This document shows positions 20,401 to 28,236 of a DNA stretch of 64,000 nt, piece after piece. The translations under genes and the position numbers were made by a program. The notes under the pieces are model-generated. The model worked only from the letters and a program-made list of their open reading frames with translations, ran no database searches and had not been told where the DNA came from. The stretch lies in the NCBI GenBank assembly GCA_047178625.1, contig JBCQTJ010000003.1, positions 22,997 to 86,996 of the forward strand. The letters are read 5' to 3'. Numbering within the stretch: the stretch's first letter is position 1; every line of letters starts with the position of its first letter. The DNA comes from Rikenellaceae bacterium. GTDB lineage: Bacteria; Bacteroidota; Bacteroidia; Bacteroidales; Rikenellaceae.

Positions 20401-20489
20401 TGGGTGGCGGAATGGGCGGCGGAATGGGCGGCGGCGGAGGCCGTGGCGGAATGGGCGGCGGCGGAATGGGCGGCGGTGGCGGCCGATAG
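17481..20489 (+). CDS. Outer-membrane beta-barrel protein, paralog 2, with Gly/Met-rich tail
   Basis: Colinear similarity to 14513-17386 (e.g. YRAGATLGSNISENVDFTLSWSG is identical). Confidence 0.85.
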   Translation: MRKLLLLFTPIMLLLAAIVTPAAAQSTATKTTSKSKGSLELKVVESENTALAVVGAVIEITPKSDPEATVYYPTNALGKLLIPSLPYGDYTIVATFLGFEDEIKEVTIDKSKVKMDDILMKMSSIDVGTVVKEIKAMRASQNGDSLIYNAAAFQVAADADVEGLLMKLPGVTVDDGEVTAQGEQVTKIYVDGREFFGSDVAAAIKTLPAEMVEFIEVYDKLSDAAEFSGIDDGNSTKAINIVTKPSMREGIFGKVYAGGGYEPEATEETSNYKYLAGGSVNWFKGTSRLTATGTVNNLNQQNFSFDDIMDTGDDSNSRKRGGVGSVNSVGLNFSDVYGENDKFEVQASYSFNHNESDNTQDIVRWYDGDASSEIDSLYQTQVSSSTNLNHRFTGKFNWDISDNQELMIRPSLSFQGNTPTAYTEGVRFGDPETSVRYDENGEQIYGSARVSDMEGYSAGISANYRYKISANGRNIAFNGSYSVDESTRDASNTTDPNYPNYNDSDTVYRASNSPTHNKSLSGGVTYVEPITKKISVSVGYKVSRRVQESDQNTYDTDYDFIVDDDATLNSKNYASTTYVTHSIGPSLRIIGKKVKLTVGTNYQDASLDNLTIKRIAGATEDDEYNIHQHYKNFTHSLVGNVYFNSQNTLRVNYSSSTDSPSVSNFLDNTTSDTSITAGNMDLEQSYTNRVTARYIHSNLTKGSTVMFSVSGQMTSNDIVQHTILNPDPFYVGTVLYDEVNTYRMAVNLDGSWRTSANFTYGFPIKFLSSNFNVNAAVNYSVSPSIYGGSFGDTMGNPIVGGEKISTDMISYRAGATLGSNISENVDFTLSWSGDYTDATNASSTSASESTNNKYMNQTASATMKFVFLGGFTFTANTAYKKYWGLTDSYDESYILINAYIGHKVFKNKRGEINVGAYDLLDQSTSFSRSFTSTYSQNSTSSILGRYFSFQLIYNLRSFGNQETRRQNRQGGMDMGGGMGGGMGGGGGRGGMGGGGMGGGGGR

Positions 20490-20500
20490 CCCCCAAAAAA

Positions 20501-20597
20501 CTGAGTCTTTCTGAGTCCTAACTGAGACTTCACTGAGTCAACCGACCCAGTAAAGTCCCAGTTAGGACTCAGAAAGACCCAGCAAAAAAAGCCCCAG
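20501..20597. repeat. Inverted array of CTGAG/CYCAG 10-11-bp units between convergent genes
   Basis: ctgagtcttt ctgagtccta actgagactt cactgagtc | ccgacccag | aagtcccag ggactcag aaagacccag. Confidence 0.8.
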
Positions 20598-20605
20598 AAA
20601 GAAGC

Positions 20606-21445
20606 CTAAAAGTGCGAAACCTCCTCGCCAACAACAGCCGAAAGCAAAGTATTAGCAGCAGCCGAAGCCCCGATCCTAAAGAGCTCGGGAGTAAGCCACT
20701 CCGCCCCCAAGATCTGCTCGACAATAGTGTAGTAAAGGGCAGCATCCTCGGCAGTTCGAACGCCACCAGCAACCTTGATACCAACACGAGTGCCACTCTC
20801 CTTGTAGTAGTCGGCAATAGCTCGACACATCACAATCACAGCCTCGGGGGTAGCCGAGATGGCCACCTTGCCCGTCGATGTCTTGATGAAGTCGGCCCCA
20901 GCGTGCATAGCCACCATCGAGCCATCGTAGATTAGCTCCGTGGTTTTGAGCTCTCCCGTCTCGAGGATCACCTTCAACACCGCATCGCCCGACTCCTCAC
21001 GAAGCAGTTCGATCTCGCTCGCCGCATCGTCGTAGAGCCCCTCTTGAATCTTGCCCACAGCGATCACGATGTCGACCTCGTCGGCTCCGCTCTCGATCGC
21101 CATAGCCACCTCTAAGGCCTTGACCTCCAAGAAGGTCTGCGATGCAGGGAAGCCACCAGCCACACTCGTGATGCGCATAGGTGTGCCATCGACAACCAAG
21201 CCAACCGCCTCGACAAAGCAGGGGTGGACACACAACGAAGCGACATTCTCCAACTCGGGATAGTCGCCATAAAAGGCCACCGCACGCTGAGCAAACGCCT
21301 TCACGCTCTGCTCCGTATCGCAGGGCGAGAGGGTCGTCAGATCGAGTGCCGAGAGGCAGAGTGCGTAGACCTCACGGCGCTCATTGCCCCGTGAGATCTG
21401 CTTCATCTGCTCTAAAATATTGTTTACCTCCGATTGAGTAATCAT
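20606..21445 (-). CDS. deoC: Deoxyribose-phosphate aldolase
   Basis: LDLTTL, GADEVDIV, LKVILETG, ADFIKTSTGK, GIKVAGGVR, RIGAS. Confidence 0.95.
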   Translation of the reverse strand: MITQSEVNNILEQMKQISRGNERREVYALCLSALDLTTLSPCDTEQSVKAFAQRAVAFYGDYPELENVASLCVHPCFVEAVGLVVDGTPMRITSVAGGFPASQTFLEVKALEVAMAIESGADEVDIVIAVGKIQEGLYDDAASEIELLREESGDAVLKVILETGELKTTELIYDGSMVAMHAGADFIKTSTGKVAISATPEAVIVMCRAIADYYKESGTRVGIKVAGGVRTAEDAALYYTIVEQILGAEWLTPELFRIGASAAANTLLSAVVGEEVSHF

Positions 21446-21466
21446 AGTCGTAGAGATTGTGTGAAA

Positions 21467-22531
21467 TTACTGATTAAGGATGCGGATCTGCTGCTGAACA
21501 GACTCCTCGTGGATCGCCTTCAAGATCGTCTTTACGAACTTAACGTCGATATCCATCTGAGCGGCATCGCCCGACCTACGATCGAGGATCTCCTCGTAGC
21601 GGCCAGTCTGAAGAACAGGCATATTGTGCTCCCTCTTATATGTTCCGATCTCGCGAGACACCCTCATACGCTTGCTCAAAAGGTCCAACATCTGGCTATC
21701 CAACTCGTCGATCTGCTGACGTAGGTCGCTCAAATCCTCAGTCGAGATCTTACCCTCACGGATCACCAAATTCGAGATGATCTCCTTCAAAGAGTCGGGT
21801 GTCACCTGCTGAGAGGCATCGCTCCAAGCCTCGCAAGGGTTGCAGTGTGACTCGATGATAAGGCCGTTGAAGCCGAGGTCCATCGCCTGCTGAGAGAGTG
21901 GCTGGATCAAGTTGCGCTCACCACCGATGTGACTTGGGTCGCAGAAGATCGGAAGCTCGGGCATCCTACGACGCAACTCGATCGGAATAGCCCACTGAGG
22001 CTGGTTGCGGTAGATGGTCTTGTCGTAGGTCGAGAATCCACGGTGGATGGCTCCCAAACGGGTGATTCCAGCGTTGTAGATGCGCTGCATACCACCGATC
22101 CAGAGCTCCAAATCGGGACTCACGGGGTTCTTGACAAGCACAGGGACGTCGGCTCCACGCAATGCGTCGGCAACCTCCTGAACAGCAAATGGGTTGGCCG
22201 TTGTGCGGGCACCTACCCACAACACATCGACCCCAGCCTTGAGCGCCTGATATACGTGCTCGGCCGTAGCGACCTCGGTAGCGGTGAGCATACCAGTCTC
22301 CTGCTTAACACGGCGCAACCACTGCAAACCCTCCTTGCCGATGCCCTCGAATCCACCTGGCTTGGTGCGAGGCTTCCAGATACCAGCACGGAAAATCTTC
22401 ACGCCAGCCTCCGACAACATCTTAGCAGTGCTAAGCACCTGACCCTCAGTCTCGGCGCTACAAGGACCCGAGATAATCTGTGGGCGAGTTGCCTCGATCT
22501 CAGGGAATAGAATTGGATTTAAATCTTTCAT
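21467..22531 (-). CDS. Bifunctional DAHP synthase / chorismate mutase
   Basis: GPCSAE, WKPRTKP.GFEG, GARTTANPF, DPSH; C-terminal LRQQIDELD chorismate mutase domain. Confidence 0.93.
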   Translation of the reverse strand: MKDLNPILFPEIEATRPQIISGPCSAETEGQVLSTAKMLSEAGVKIFRAGIWKPRTKPGGFEGIGKEGLQWLRRVKQETGMLTATEVATAEHVYQALKAGVDVLWVGARTTANPFAVQEVADALRGADVPVLVKNPVSPDLELWIGGMQRIYNAGITRLGAIHRGFSTYDKTIYRNQPQWAIPIELRRRMPELPIFCDPSHIGGERNLIQPLSQQAMDLGFNGLIIESHCNPCEAWSDASQQVTPDSLKEIISNLVIREGKISTEDLSDLRQQIDELDSQMLDLLSKRMRVSREIGTYKREHNMPVLQTGRYEEILDRRSGDAAQMDIDVKFVKTILKAIHEESVQQQIRILNQ

Positions 22532-22575
22532 TTTTTGCTTATTATTTTTTTATCTAAATTACTTCAATTTACTAC

Positions 22576-23778
22576 TTACTTATCTCCCCAAAAAGGGCAA
22601 GCCTCGATCCTCGCCAAGGCCTCCTCCATCCTATCAATCTCGGTGCAGAGCGAGAGGCGAACGTATCGCTCTCCCTGCGAGCCGAAGATAAAGCCTGGGG
22701 TGATGAAGACCCTCGCCTCGACGAGCAGCCTATCACACAACGCCTCGGCTGACCTCTCGTCGTCGGGGATGCGACCCCAGAGGAATAGCCCCACTTGACT
22801 CTCGTCGTAGCGGCAGTCGATTCTCTTCATAATCTTCGAGGCGACCACTCGCCTCTGGGCATAGATCTCGTTGAGCTCACGATACCACTCATCGCCCAGC
22901 GATAGAGCTTCGACAGCGGCCAACTGCAACGGCTTGAACATTCCCGAGTCGATATTGCTCTTGACCCTCAAGATCCACTCCACAAAGGTAGCATTTGTCG
23001 ACAACATTCCAATACGCCAACCCGCCATATTGAGGCTCTTGCTCAACGAATTGAGCTCGATGCAGCACTCTCTCGCCCCCTCGACCTCCAAAATCGACAT
23101 TGGATTGGGGTTCAAGATCATACTATATGGGTTGTCGCAAACCACCACGATCGAGTGGCGACGGGCGAAATCTACCAACTTCTCGTTCACTTCACGGGTG
23201 GCATTAGTCCCCGTTGGCATATTGGGGTAGTTCACCCACATCAACTTGATCTTGTCGAGCGGCATCCTCTCCAACGCCTCGAAGTCTGGCATCCATCCCC
23301 TCTCGGGGTCGAGCTCATAGGTGTAGACTTCGGCCTGCACCAAGCGGCTAACGGCGCTATAAGTGGGGTAGCCAGGGTTTGGTACCAACACCCCGTCGCC
23401 AACATTTAGGAAGGCCATCGAGATGTGCATAATTCCCTCCTTCGACCCTATCAGTGGGAGGATCTCCTTCGTAGGGTCAAGCTCCACGCCATACCTTTCG
23501 CCATACCACTTCGCCATCGCCTCTCTCATCTGGGGTATTCCGACGTAGGACTGATATGAGTGGTTCGACGAGACTCTACTCTCATCGCATAGCCTCTCCA
23601 CAACGCTCTCGTGGGGCGGACGATCGGGCCCACCAATACCCAACGAGATGATATCCTGACCCTCAGCGTTGAGCTGAGCGATCTCACGAAGTTTTTTCGA
23701 GAAGTAATATTCACTCACCCTCTCAATCCTCTCCGCTGGTCTAAAACTCTTCTTACTCTGTAACTTCGTAGCTGACAT
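22576..23778 (-). CDS. PLP-dependent aminotransferase class I/II in the Phe operon
   Basis: GSKEG, NYPNMPTG, DNPY, SLSKSLNMAGWRIG. Confidence 0.9.
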   Translation of the reverse strand: MSATKLQSKKSFRPAERIERVSEYYFSKKLREIAQLNAEGQDIISLGIGGPDRPPHESVVERLCDESRVSSNHSYQSYVGIPQMREAMAKWYGERYGVELDPTKEILPLIGSKEGIMHISMAFLNVGDGVLVPNPGYPTYSAVSRLVQAEVYTYELDPERGWMPDFEALERMPLDKIKLMWVNYPNMPTGTNATREVNEKLVDFARRHSIVVVCDNPYSMILNPNPMSILEVEGARECCIELNSLSKSLNMAGWRIGMLSTNATFVEWILRVKSNIDSGMFKPLQLAAVEALSLGDEWYRELNEIYAQRRVVASKIMKRIDCRYDESQVGLFLWGRIPDDERSAEALCDRLLVEARVFITPGFIFGSQGERYVRLSLCTEIDRMEEALARIEACPFWGDK

Positions 23779-24595
23779 ATTCGCCAAGATTTTTAATATA
23801 ATTTGTTAGCGGTCTCACCGCATCAATTGCCTGTTTGTACCTCTCGTAGTCGGTAAACGCAAGGTCGAGATAGAACTGATACTCCCACTCACGACCTATG
23901 AGCGGCATCGACTGTATCTTCGTGAGGTTCAGATCGTAGAACGAGAGGATTGTGAGCACCTTCGAGAGGGCTCCCGACGAGTGGGCCAGTGTAAATACTA
24001 TCGAGGCCTTGTTGATTCTCTCCCTATCGACCATCGCAAGGGCATTCTCGCCTTGGGCCAAGACCAAGAACCTTGTGAAGTTGCGCTTGTTGGTCTCCAC
24101 GCCTCGGGCCAAGATCTCCAACCCATAGAGCTCGGCTGCCAACTCACCACATATTGCGGCGTGACCCTCCAACCTCTGCTCGGCGATTAGCTTGGCGCTC
24201 GATGCGGTGTCATCCTTCTCTACCACCTTCACATCGGCTCTCTGGAGCAGCCAGCTCTGGCACTGCATCAAGGCGATCGGGTGGGAGTTGACCTCCTTGA
24301 TCTGCTCCAACTTTGTGTTGGGCAGGGCTGCGACCATATGCTCGATGCGGAGTTTGTACTCACCCACAATCTGCATATCGCTCTCACGAAGCAGCTCGTG
24401 GTTCTGGAGCAGGGCCCCAGCTATGGTATTCTCGATGGCCATCACGCCCACCTTCTCGGGGTCACTCTTCAATGTCTCGAAGAGCTTGGGGAACGATTTG
24501 CAGGCGACGATCTCAACGTCGTTGCTCTCGAAATATGCCCTTGCAGCCTGCTCGTGATAGCTTCCTGCGATACCCTGAATTGCTACTCTTTTCAT
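23753..24595 (-). CDS. pheA: Prephenate dehydratase
   Basis: IENTIAG, SHPIALMQC, NFTRF, ACT domain NLTKIQSMP. Confidence 0.95.
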   Translation of the reverse strand: MKRVAIQGIAGSYHEQAARAYFESNDVEIVACKSFPKLFETLKSDPEKVGVMAIENTIAGALLQNHELLRESDMQIVGEYKLRIEHMVAALPNTKLEQIKEVNSHPIALMQCQSWLLQRADVKVVEKDDTASSAKLIAEQRLEGHAAICGELAAELYGLEILARGVETNKRNFTRFLVLAQGENALAMVDRERINKASIVFTLAHSSGALSKVLTILSFYDLNLTKIQSMPLIGREWEYQFYLDLAFTDYERYKQAIDAVRPLTNYIKNLGEYVSYEVTE

Positions 24596-24613
24596 CTATC
24601 TCTTTTGTATTCT

Positions 24614-24646
24614 AAATAAAAAATCCCACCTCATAAAGGCGGGATT
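24614..24646 (-). terminator. Attenuator terminator of the pheA operon
   Basis: Minus strand AATCCCGCC-TTTATGA-GGTGGGATT followed by TTTTATTT. Confidence 0.85.
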
Positions 24647-24669
24647 CTATACACTCGTGGTCTCAACGA

Positions 24670-24744
24670 TTACGCATATACTCTCCCGCCCCTTTCGCTA
24701 AAAAAGAAGTAAAAAAAGTAGTTGCTATAATAGTTGTTTGCCAT
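24670..24744 (-). CDS. Phe/Tyr-rich leader peptide MANNYYSNYFFYFFFSERGGRVYA
   Basis: 24 codons with 5 Phe and 5 Tyr upstream of pheA; contains GGCGGGA, complementary to the terminator 5' arm; promoter motif TACATTTG at 24764-24771. Confidence 0.88.
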   Translation of the reverse strand: MANNYYSNYFFYFFFSERGGRVYA

Positions 24745-24813
24745 ATAAAATTCATTGTTTATGCAAATGTAGAGTAAAAAAATGTTATGCACAAATTTTT
24801 TGAGCTAAAATAA

Positions 24814-25377
24814 CTACTTATTGTTGAAATTATTCATTGTCTGTGCAATCCCAGCGGTCGTAAAGCTCAAAATCGCCTTACCCACCATCTCGCACCTCTC
24901 GCCCAGCTTTGCGCTCTCCTCGTCGCCCCACTCGCCCAACACATAGTCGACCTGATGGCCCGTCGAGAACTCACTTCCCACGCCGAAGCGGATCCTTGCA
25001 TATTTGTCGGTGCCCAACAACTCGATGATGTTACGCAAGCCATTGTGCCCTCCGTGGCTCCCCTTTGTGCGGATTCTGATTGTTCCGAATGGGAGTGCTA
25101 TATCGTCCGATATGATTAGGATGTTCTCGATCGGAATCTTCAGCACCTCCATCCAATACCTCACCGCCTTGCCCGACAGATTCATATATGTCGAGGGTTT
25201 AAGGAGTGTGATGGAGCGCCCTTTGTGACGGAGCTCGGCTGTGTCGCCATACCTACCCGTCCCAAAAGAGATGTTGGACGCCTCAGTTAAGGCGTCCAAC
25301 ACTTTGAATCCGATGTTGTGTCGAGTCTGGGCATACTCTGCCCCGATGTTTCCCAATCCAACAACAAGATATTTCAT
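24814..25377 (-). CDS. pth: Peptidyl-tRNA hydrolase
   Basis: LVVGLGN, TRHNIGF, KPSTYMNLSG, GGHNGL. Confidence 0.97.
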   Translation of the reverse strand: MKYLVVGLGNIGAEYAQTRHNIGFKVLDALTEASNISFGTGRYGDTAELRHKGRSITLLKPSTYMNLSGKAVRYWMEVLKIPIENILIISDDIALPFGTIRIRTKGSHGGHNGLRNIIELLGTDKYARIRFGVGSEFSTGHQVDYVLGEWGDEESAKLGERCEMVGKAILSFTTAGIAQTMNNFNNK

Positions 25378-25414
25378 AGGAAATTATACCTATATATTAT
25401 GTTCTCTCTCGCGA

Positions 25415-25987
25415 TTACTGCTGAGCGTTCTGAGCAGAACGAGTAGCACGAGTTACACGAACCGCACAAACCGCAGTAGTAGCTGGAGTTACGAACTTCA
25501 CATTCTCAACGTTGAGGTCACCAACGAAGATTGTCTTACCAAGCTCAAGCGATGTAACGTCGATCACGATCTCATCTGGAAGGTTTGCCTCCATTGCGCT
25601 AACAACAAGCTTACGAGCCGACAACGCCAACTTACCTCCGATCTTCACACCGGCAGCGGTACCCTCCAAACGAACTGGAACGGCGATTGAAACTGGCTTA
25701 TCCTCGATCACACGGAAGAAGTCGATGTGGAGGATCTGCTCACGGATTGGGTGGAACTGCACGTCACGAAGTACGGCCTTCTCAACCTTACCGTCGATGC
25801 TAAGCTCAACGATGTATGAGTTTGGGGTGTAGATAAGCTGCTTAAGCTCCTTAGCCTCAACCGAGAAGGCAACTGCATCGCCTCCACCATAAACTACGCA
25901 AGGTACCAAACCCTCACGACGAACTGCCTTTGTAGCCTTCTTTCCGAACTCTGCACGAGATACGGCTGAAATCTGAATAGTCTTCAT
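25415..25987 (-). CDS. rplY: 50S ribosomal protein L25/Ctc
   Basis: RREGLVPCVVYGG, VQFHP, HIDF, GVKIGG; promoter motif TAACTTTG at 26087-26094. Confidence 0.95.
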   Translation of the reverse strand: MKTIQISAVSRAEFGKKATKAVRREGLVPCVVYGGGDAVAFSVEAKELKQLIYTPNSYIVELSIDGKVEKAVLRDVQFHPIREQILHIDFFRVIEDKPVSIAVPVRLEGTAAGVKIGGKLALSARKLVVSAMEANLPDEIVIDVTSLELGKTIFVGDLNVENVKFVTPATTAVCAVRVTRATRSAQNAQQ

Positions 25988-26121
25988 TTTTTCTTTTTTT
26001 TATTGTTTTGTTATTACCACCGATGGCACTCAATCTTGCCCTTGCCCTAAGGCGAGCAGACCCCATAACCACCTGATTTGCGGCCACAAAGTTACTACTT
26101 TTTTTTGGGTTGGCAAATTTT

Positions 26122-26249
26122 CTGAGACTTTTTTCTGAGACTTTACTGAGTCTTTCTGGGTCTTTCTGGGTCTTTCTGGGTCTTTCTGGGTCTTTCTGGG
26201 TCTGGTGGCCGACCCAGTTAAGTCTCAGTTTAGACTCAGAAAGCCCCAG
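26122..26249. repeat. Inverted array of CTGAG/CTGGG units including 5 perfect copies of TCTTTCTGGG (26151-26200)
   Basis: Direct reading; junction ccgacccag as at 20542; right arm aagtctcag tagactcag aaagccccag. Confidence 0.88.
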
Positions 26250-26267
26250 CACACTCGCAAGACTGCA

Positions 26268-26306
26268 AAAAAAAAACCGAGGGGGAGTCTCCCGACTGCC
26301 CCTCGC
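26268..26306 (-). terminator. Intrinsic terminator
   Basis: Minus strand CGAGGGGCAGTC-GGGA-GACTCCCCCTCG followed by a T run. Confidence 0.85.
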
Positions 26307-26386
26307 CCCTGAGAGAATTGCTCTCTCAAAACTACTAACCCAAACTTAAATAAATGAAGAAACCTAACCGATTGCTCGGCTCTGTA
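26268..26386 (-). ncRNA. Candidate sigma54-dependent small RNA B (~120 nt)
   Basis: Sigma54 motif upstream; hairpins GCCGA-GCAA-TCGGT and TGAGAGA-GCAAT-TCTCTCA; U-rich linker; intrinsic terminator; no ATG in the unit. Confidence 0.68.
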
Positions 26387-26396
26387 AACTAAGTGT

Positions 26397-26412
26397 TGCA
26401 AATGATGTGCCA
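26397..26412 (-). promoter_or_regulatory. Sigma54 (RpoN) -24/-12 promoter
   Basis: Minus strand TGGCACATCATTTGCA: GG-N10-GC. Confidence 0.75.
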
Positions 26413-26484
26413 CTCTTGTGTTCCTCACCCTTTAGGTTATATATACGTCTGAAGAGGCGATTTTATTGCCCTCTCCCCTCTTTT

Positions 26485-27489
26485 TTACTCCGCTTTTGCA
26501 GGAAAAGAGACATTATAGATCAAATTCTCGACACCACGGATGAAGTTACGCTTGCCCAACTTTGGCGAGAATACATAGCAGTCGATGGTGATAACCATAT
26601 TCGTAGCCTCGTCGATTGTAGAGTAGCTGACGAATGGTCCGCCCATATAGTCGCCCGCAACATTCCACAAACCACGGAGCTCGGCCCAGTGGCGACCCTC
26701 GAGCGAGAAGAAGCGATACTCAGGCTCATAGTCGTTGTAGGTGGTCATATATGAACCCTCCGATGGCCCAGGGATATATGATGTGTAGGCGTTGCGAGCC
26801 TGCCACAACCTCTCTTGAGTGAGTGAGAGTGTCCCCTCGGTGGCGGGATATGAGTAGATGAGCACACCTTGGCTCGCTGTGGGGTACTCATAGGAGAACC
26901 ACAAGAAATCGGCCCCCTCGTTGCGAACAGTATAGCCCTTGGGGACCTTCATATCGAATCCGAACTTCTTGCGGATGAGACTCTCGACATTTGTGGCTCC
27001 GAACTTCTGAGCATAGCTAATCATACGATCACGCTCCGCCATCTCGAGGGCACGCACCACCATTCCGCTATTCTCGCTCAAATATTCGTTCAACGACTCC
27101 TCGCTGGGGCCCCTCAAGGTCATCACGATCTGAGGTGCGGCGTTTAGGTCATATTGCACAACCACCGATGTCGAGTCGAGGGTAGGGAGAACCTCGGTCT
27201 TGAAGATGTTGCGGTGGCGAGTCACCAAGTTGTTGAATCCTCGCTCTGTGACACGCAACACATCGAAAAGAGGCTCGGTCTGCTGGAGGTAGGGGATCGA
27301 GGCGGTGAATACATCACGCATCGTCTCGCCCAACTCGCCATCCCACTGCGCTTGGTCGCTCACCACGATTAGCTCGTAGGGCGATCCCTGAGCTGTTAGC
27401 TTTGTGTCGGCGGCGGTGTGGAGGGCGTCGCACCCAATTAGGGCTATGGCCGCAATTATGGCCATCCCAACTCTCTGAACTCTTTTCAT
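26485..27489 (-). CDS. DUF4837-like lipoprotein
   Basis: Lipobox LIGC; G.PYELIVV, ELRGLW....YMGGPFVS, VFSP...KRN motifs. Confidence 0.75.
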   Translation of the reverse strand: MKRVQRVGMAIIAAIALIGCDALHTAADTKLTAQGSPYELIVVSDQAQWDGELGETMRDVFTASIPYLQQTEPLFDVLRVTERGFNNLVTRHRNIFKTEVLPTLDSTSVVVQYDLNAAPQIVMTLRGPSEESLNEYLSENSGMVVRALEMAERDRMISYAQKFGATNVESLIRKKFGFDMKVPKGYTVRNEGADFLWFSYEYPTASQGVLIYSYPATEGTLSLTQERLWQARNAYTSYIPGPSEGSYMTTYNDYEPEYRFFSLEGRHWAELRGLWNVAGDYMGGPFVSYSTIDEATNMVITIDCYVFSPKLGKRNFIRGVENLIYNVSFPAKAE

Positions 27490-27624
27490 ATAGCTTATTC
27501 TCTTAAATGTTTAATCTTGTGAAATTTATACCTCTTTTGGCTCAAATGAGATATTCATAACGCAAATGTATTGTTTTTTTTTCTTTAATGACTACTTTTG
27601 TGAAATAAAAATGCAATAATAACA

Positions 27625-28233
27625 ATGCGAATAACCGCCCCAAAATTCCTACGCCGCCTGATGTCGGATTTGATCTGGGAGATCGACAGCAAAGAGTCGA
27701 TCTACCTCACCTTCGACGATGGGCCAACACCAGGAATCACGGAGTGGATCCTCGCTACACTCGACAAGTACGATGCCAAAGCGACATTTTTTCTCTTGGG
27801 CCGCAATGTCGAGATGTACCCCGAGCTCTATAAACGCATCGTCGACCGAGGCCACGCCGTAGGAAATCACACCTACTCCCACCAAAAGGGGTGGAAGATG
27901 AGCCTCGAGCGGTATGTGGAGGATGTGAACTTCGCCGCCTCGCTAATCCAGAGCAACCTATTTCGCCCCCCCTATGCCCGAATCACCCCGTCGCAGGCTC
28001 GATTTTTGGGGCGAAGCTACAAATTGGTGATGTGGAATGTCCTATCACGTGACTACTCCAACAAGGTGAGCCCCAAGGGGTGCCTCAACAATGTCGTGAA
28101 GTATTTGGAGGCAGGGTCGATCATCGTCTTTCACGATAGCGAGAAGTCGTTTCGCAATATGAGCTATGCTCTGCCTCGCACCCTCGAGAAGATCAAGGAG
28201 TTGGGGCTTAAGTGCGACAAAATCGAACTTTAA
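27625..28233 (+). CDS. Polysaccharide deacetylase (CE4/NodB)
   Basis: YLTFDDGP, ATFF, GNHTYSH, FRPPY, IIVFHD. Confidence 0.93.
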   Translation: MRITAPKFLRRLMSDLIWEIDSKESIYLTFDDGPTPGITEWILATLDKYDAKATFFLLGRNVEMYPELYKRIVDRGHAVGNHTYSHQKGWKMSLERYVEDVNFAASLIQSNLFRPPYARITPSQARFLGRSYKLVMWNVLSRDYSNKVSPKGCLNNVVKYLEAGSIIVFHDSEKSFRNMSYALPRTLEKIKELGLKCDKIEL

Positions 28234-28236
28234 AAG

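Noticed and set aside
20389-20486. GGCGGAATGGGC repeats as a contingency locus
   Set aside because: In-frame Gly/Met low-complexity tail; unit lengths are multiples of 3, so they cannot switch frame
25914-26754. ORFs 25914-26252, 26110-26349, 26225-26428 and 26407-26754
   Set aside because: Translations of the tandem repeat or sRNA region, or antisense overlaps; low complexity and no family motifs
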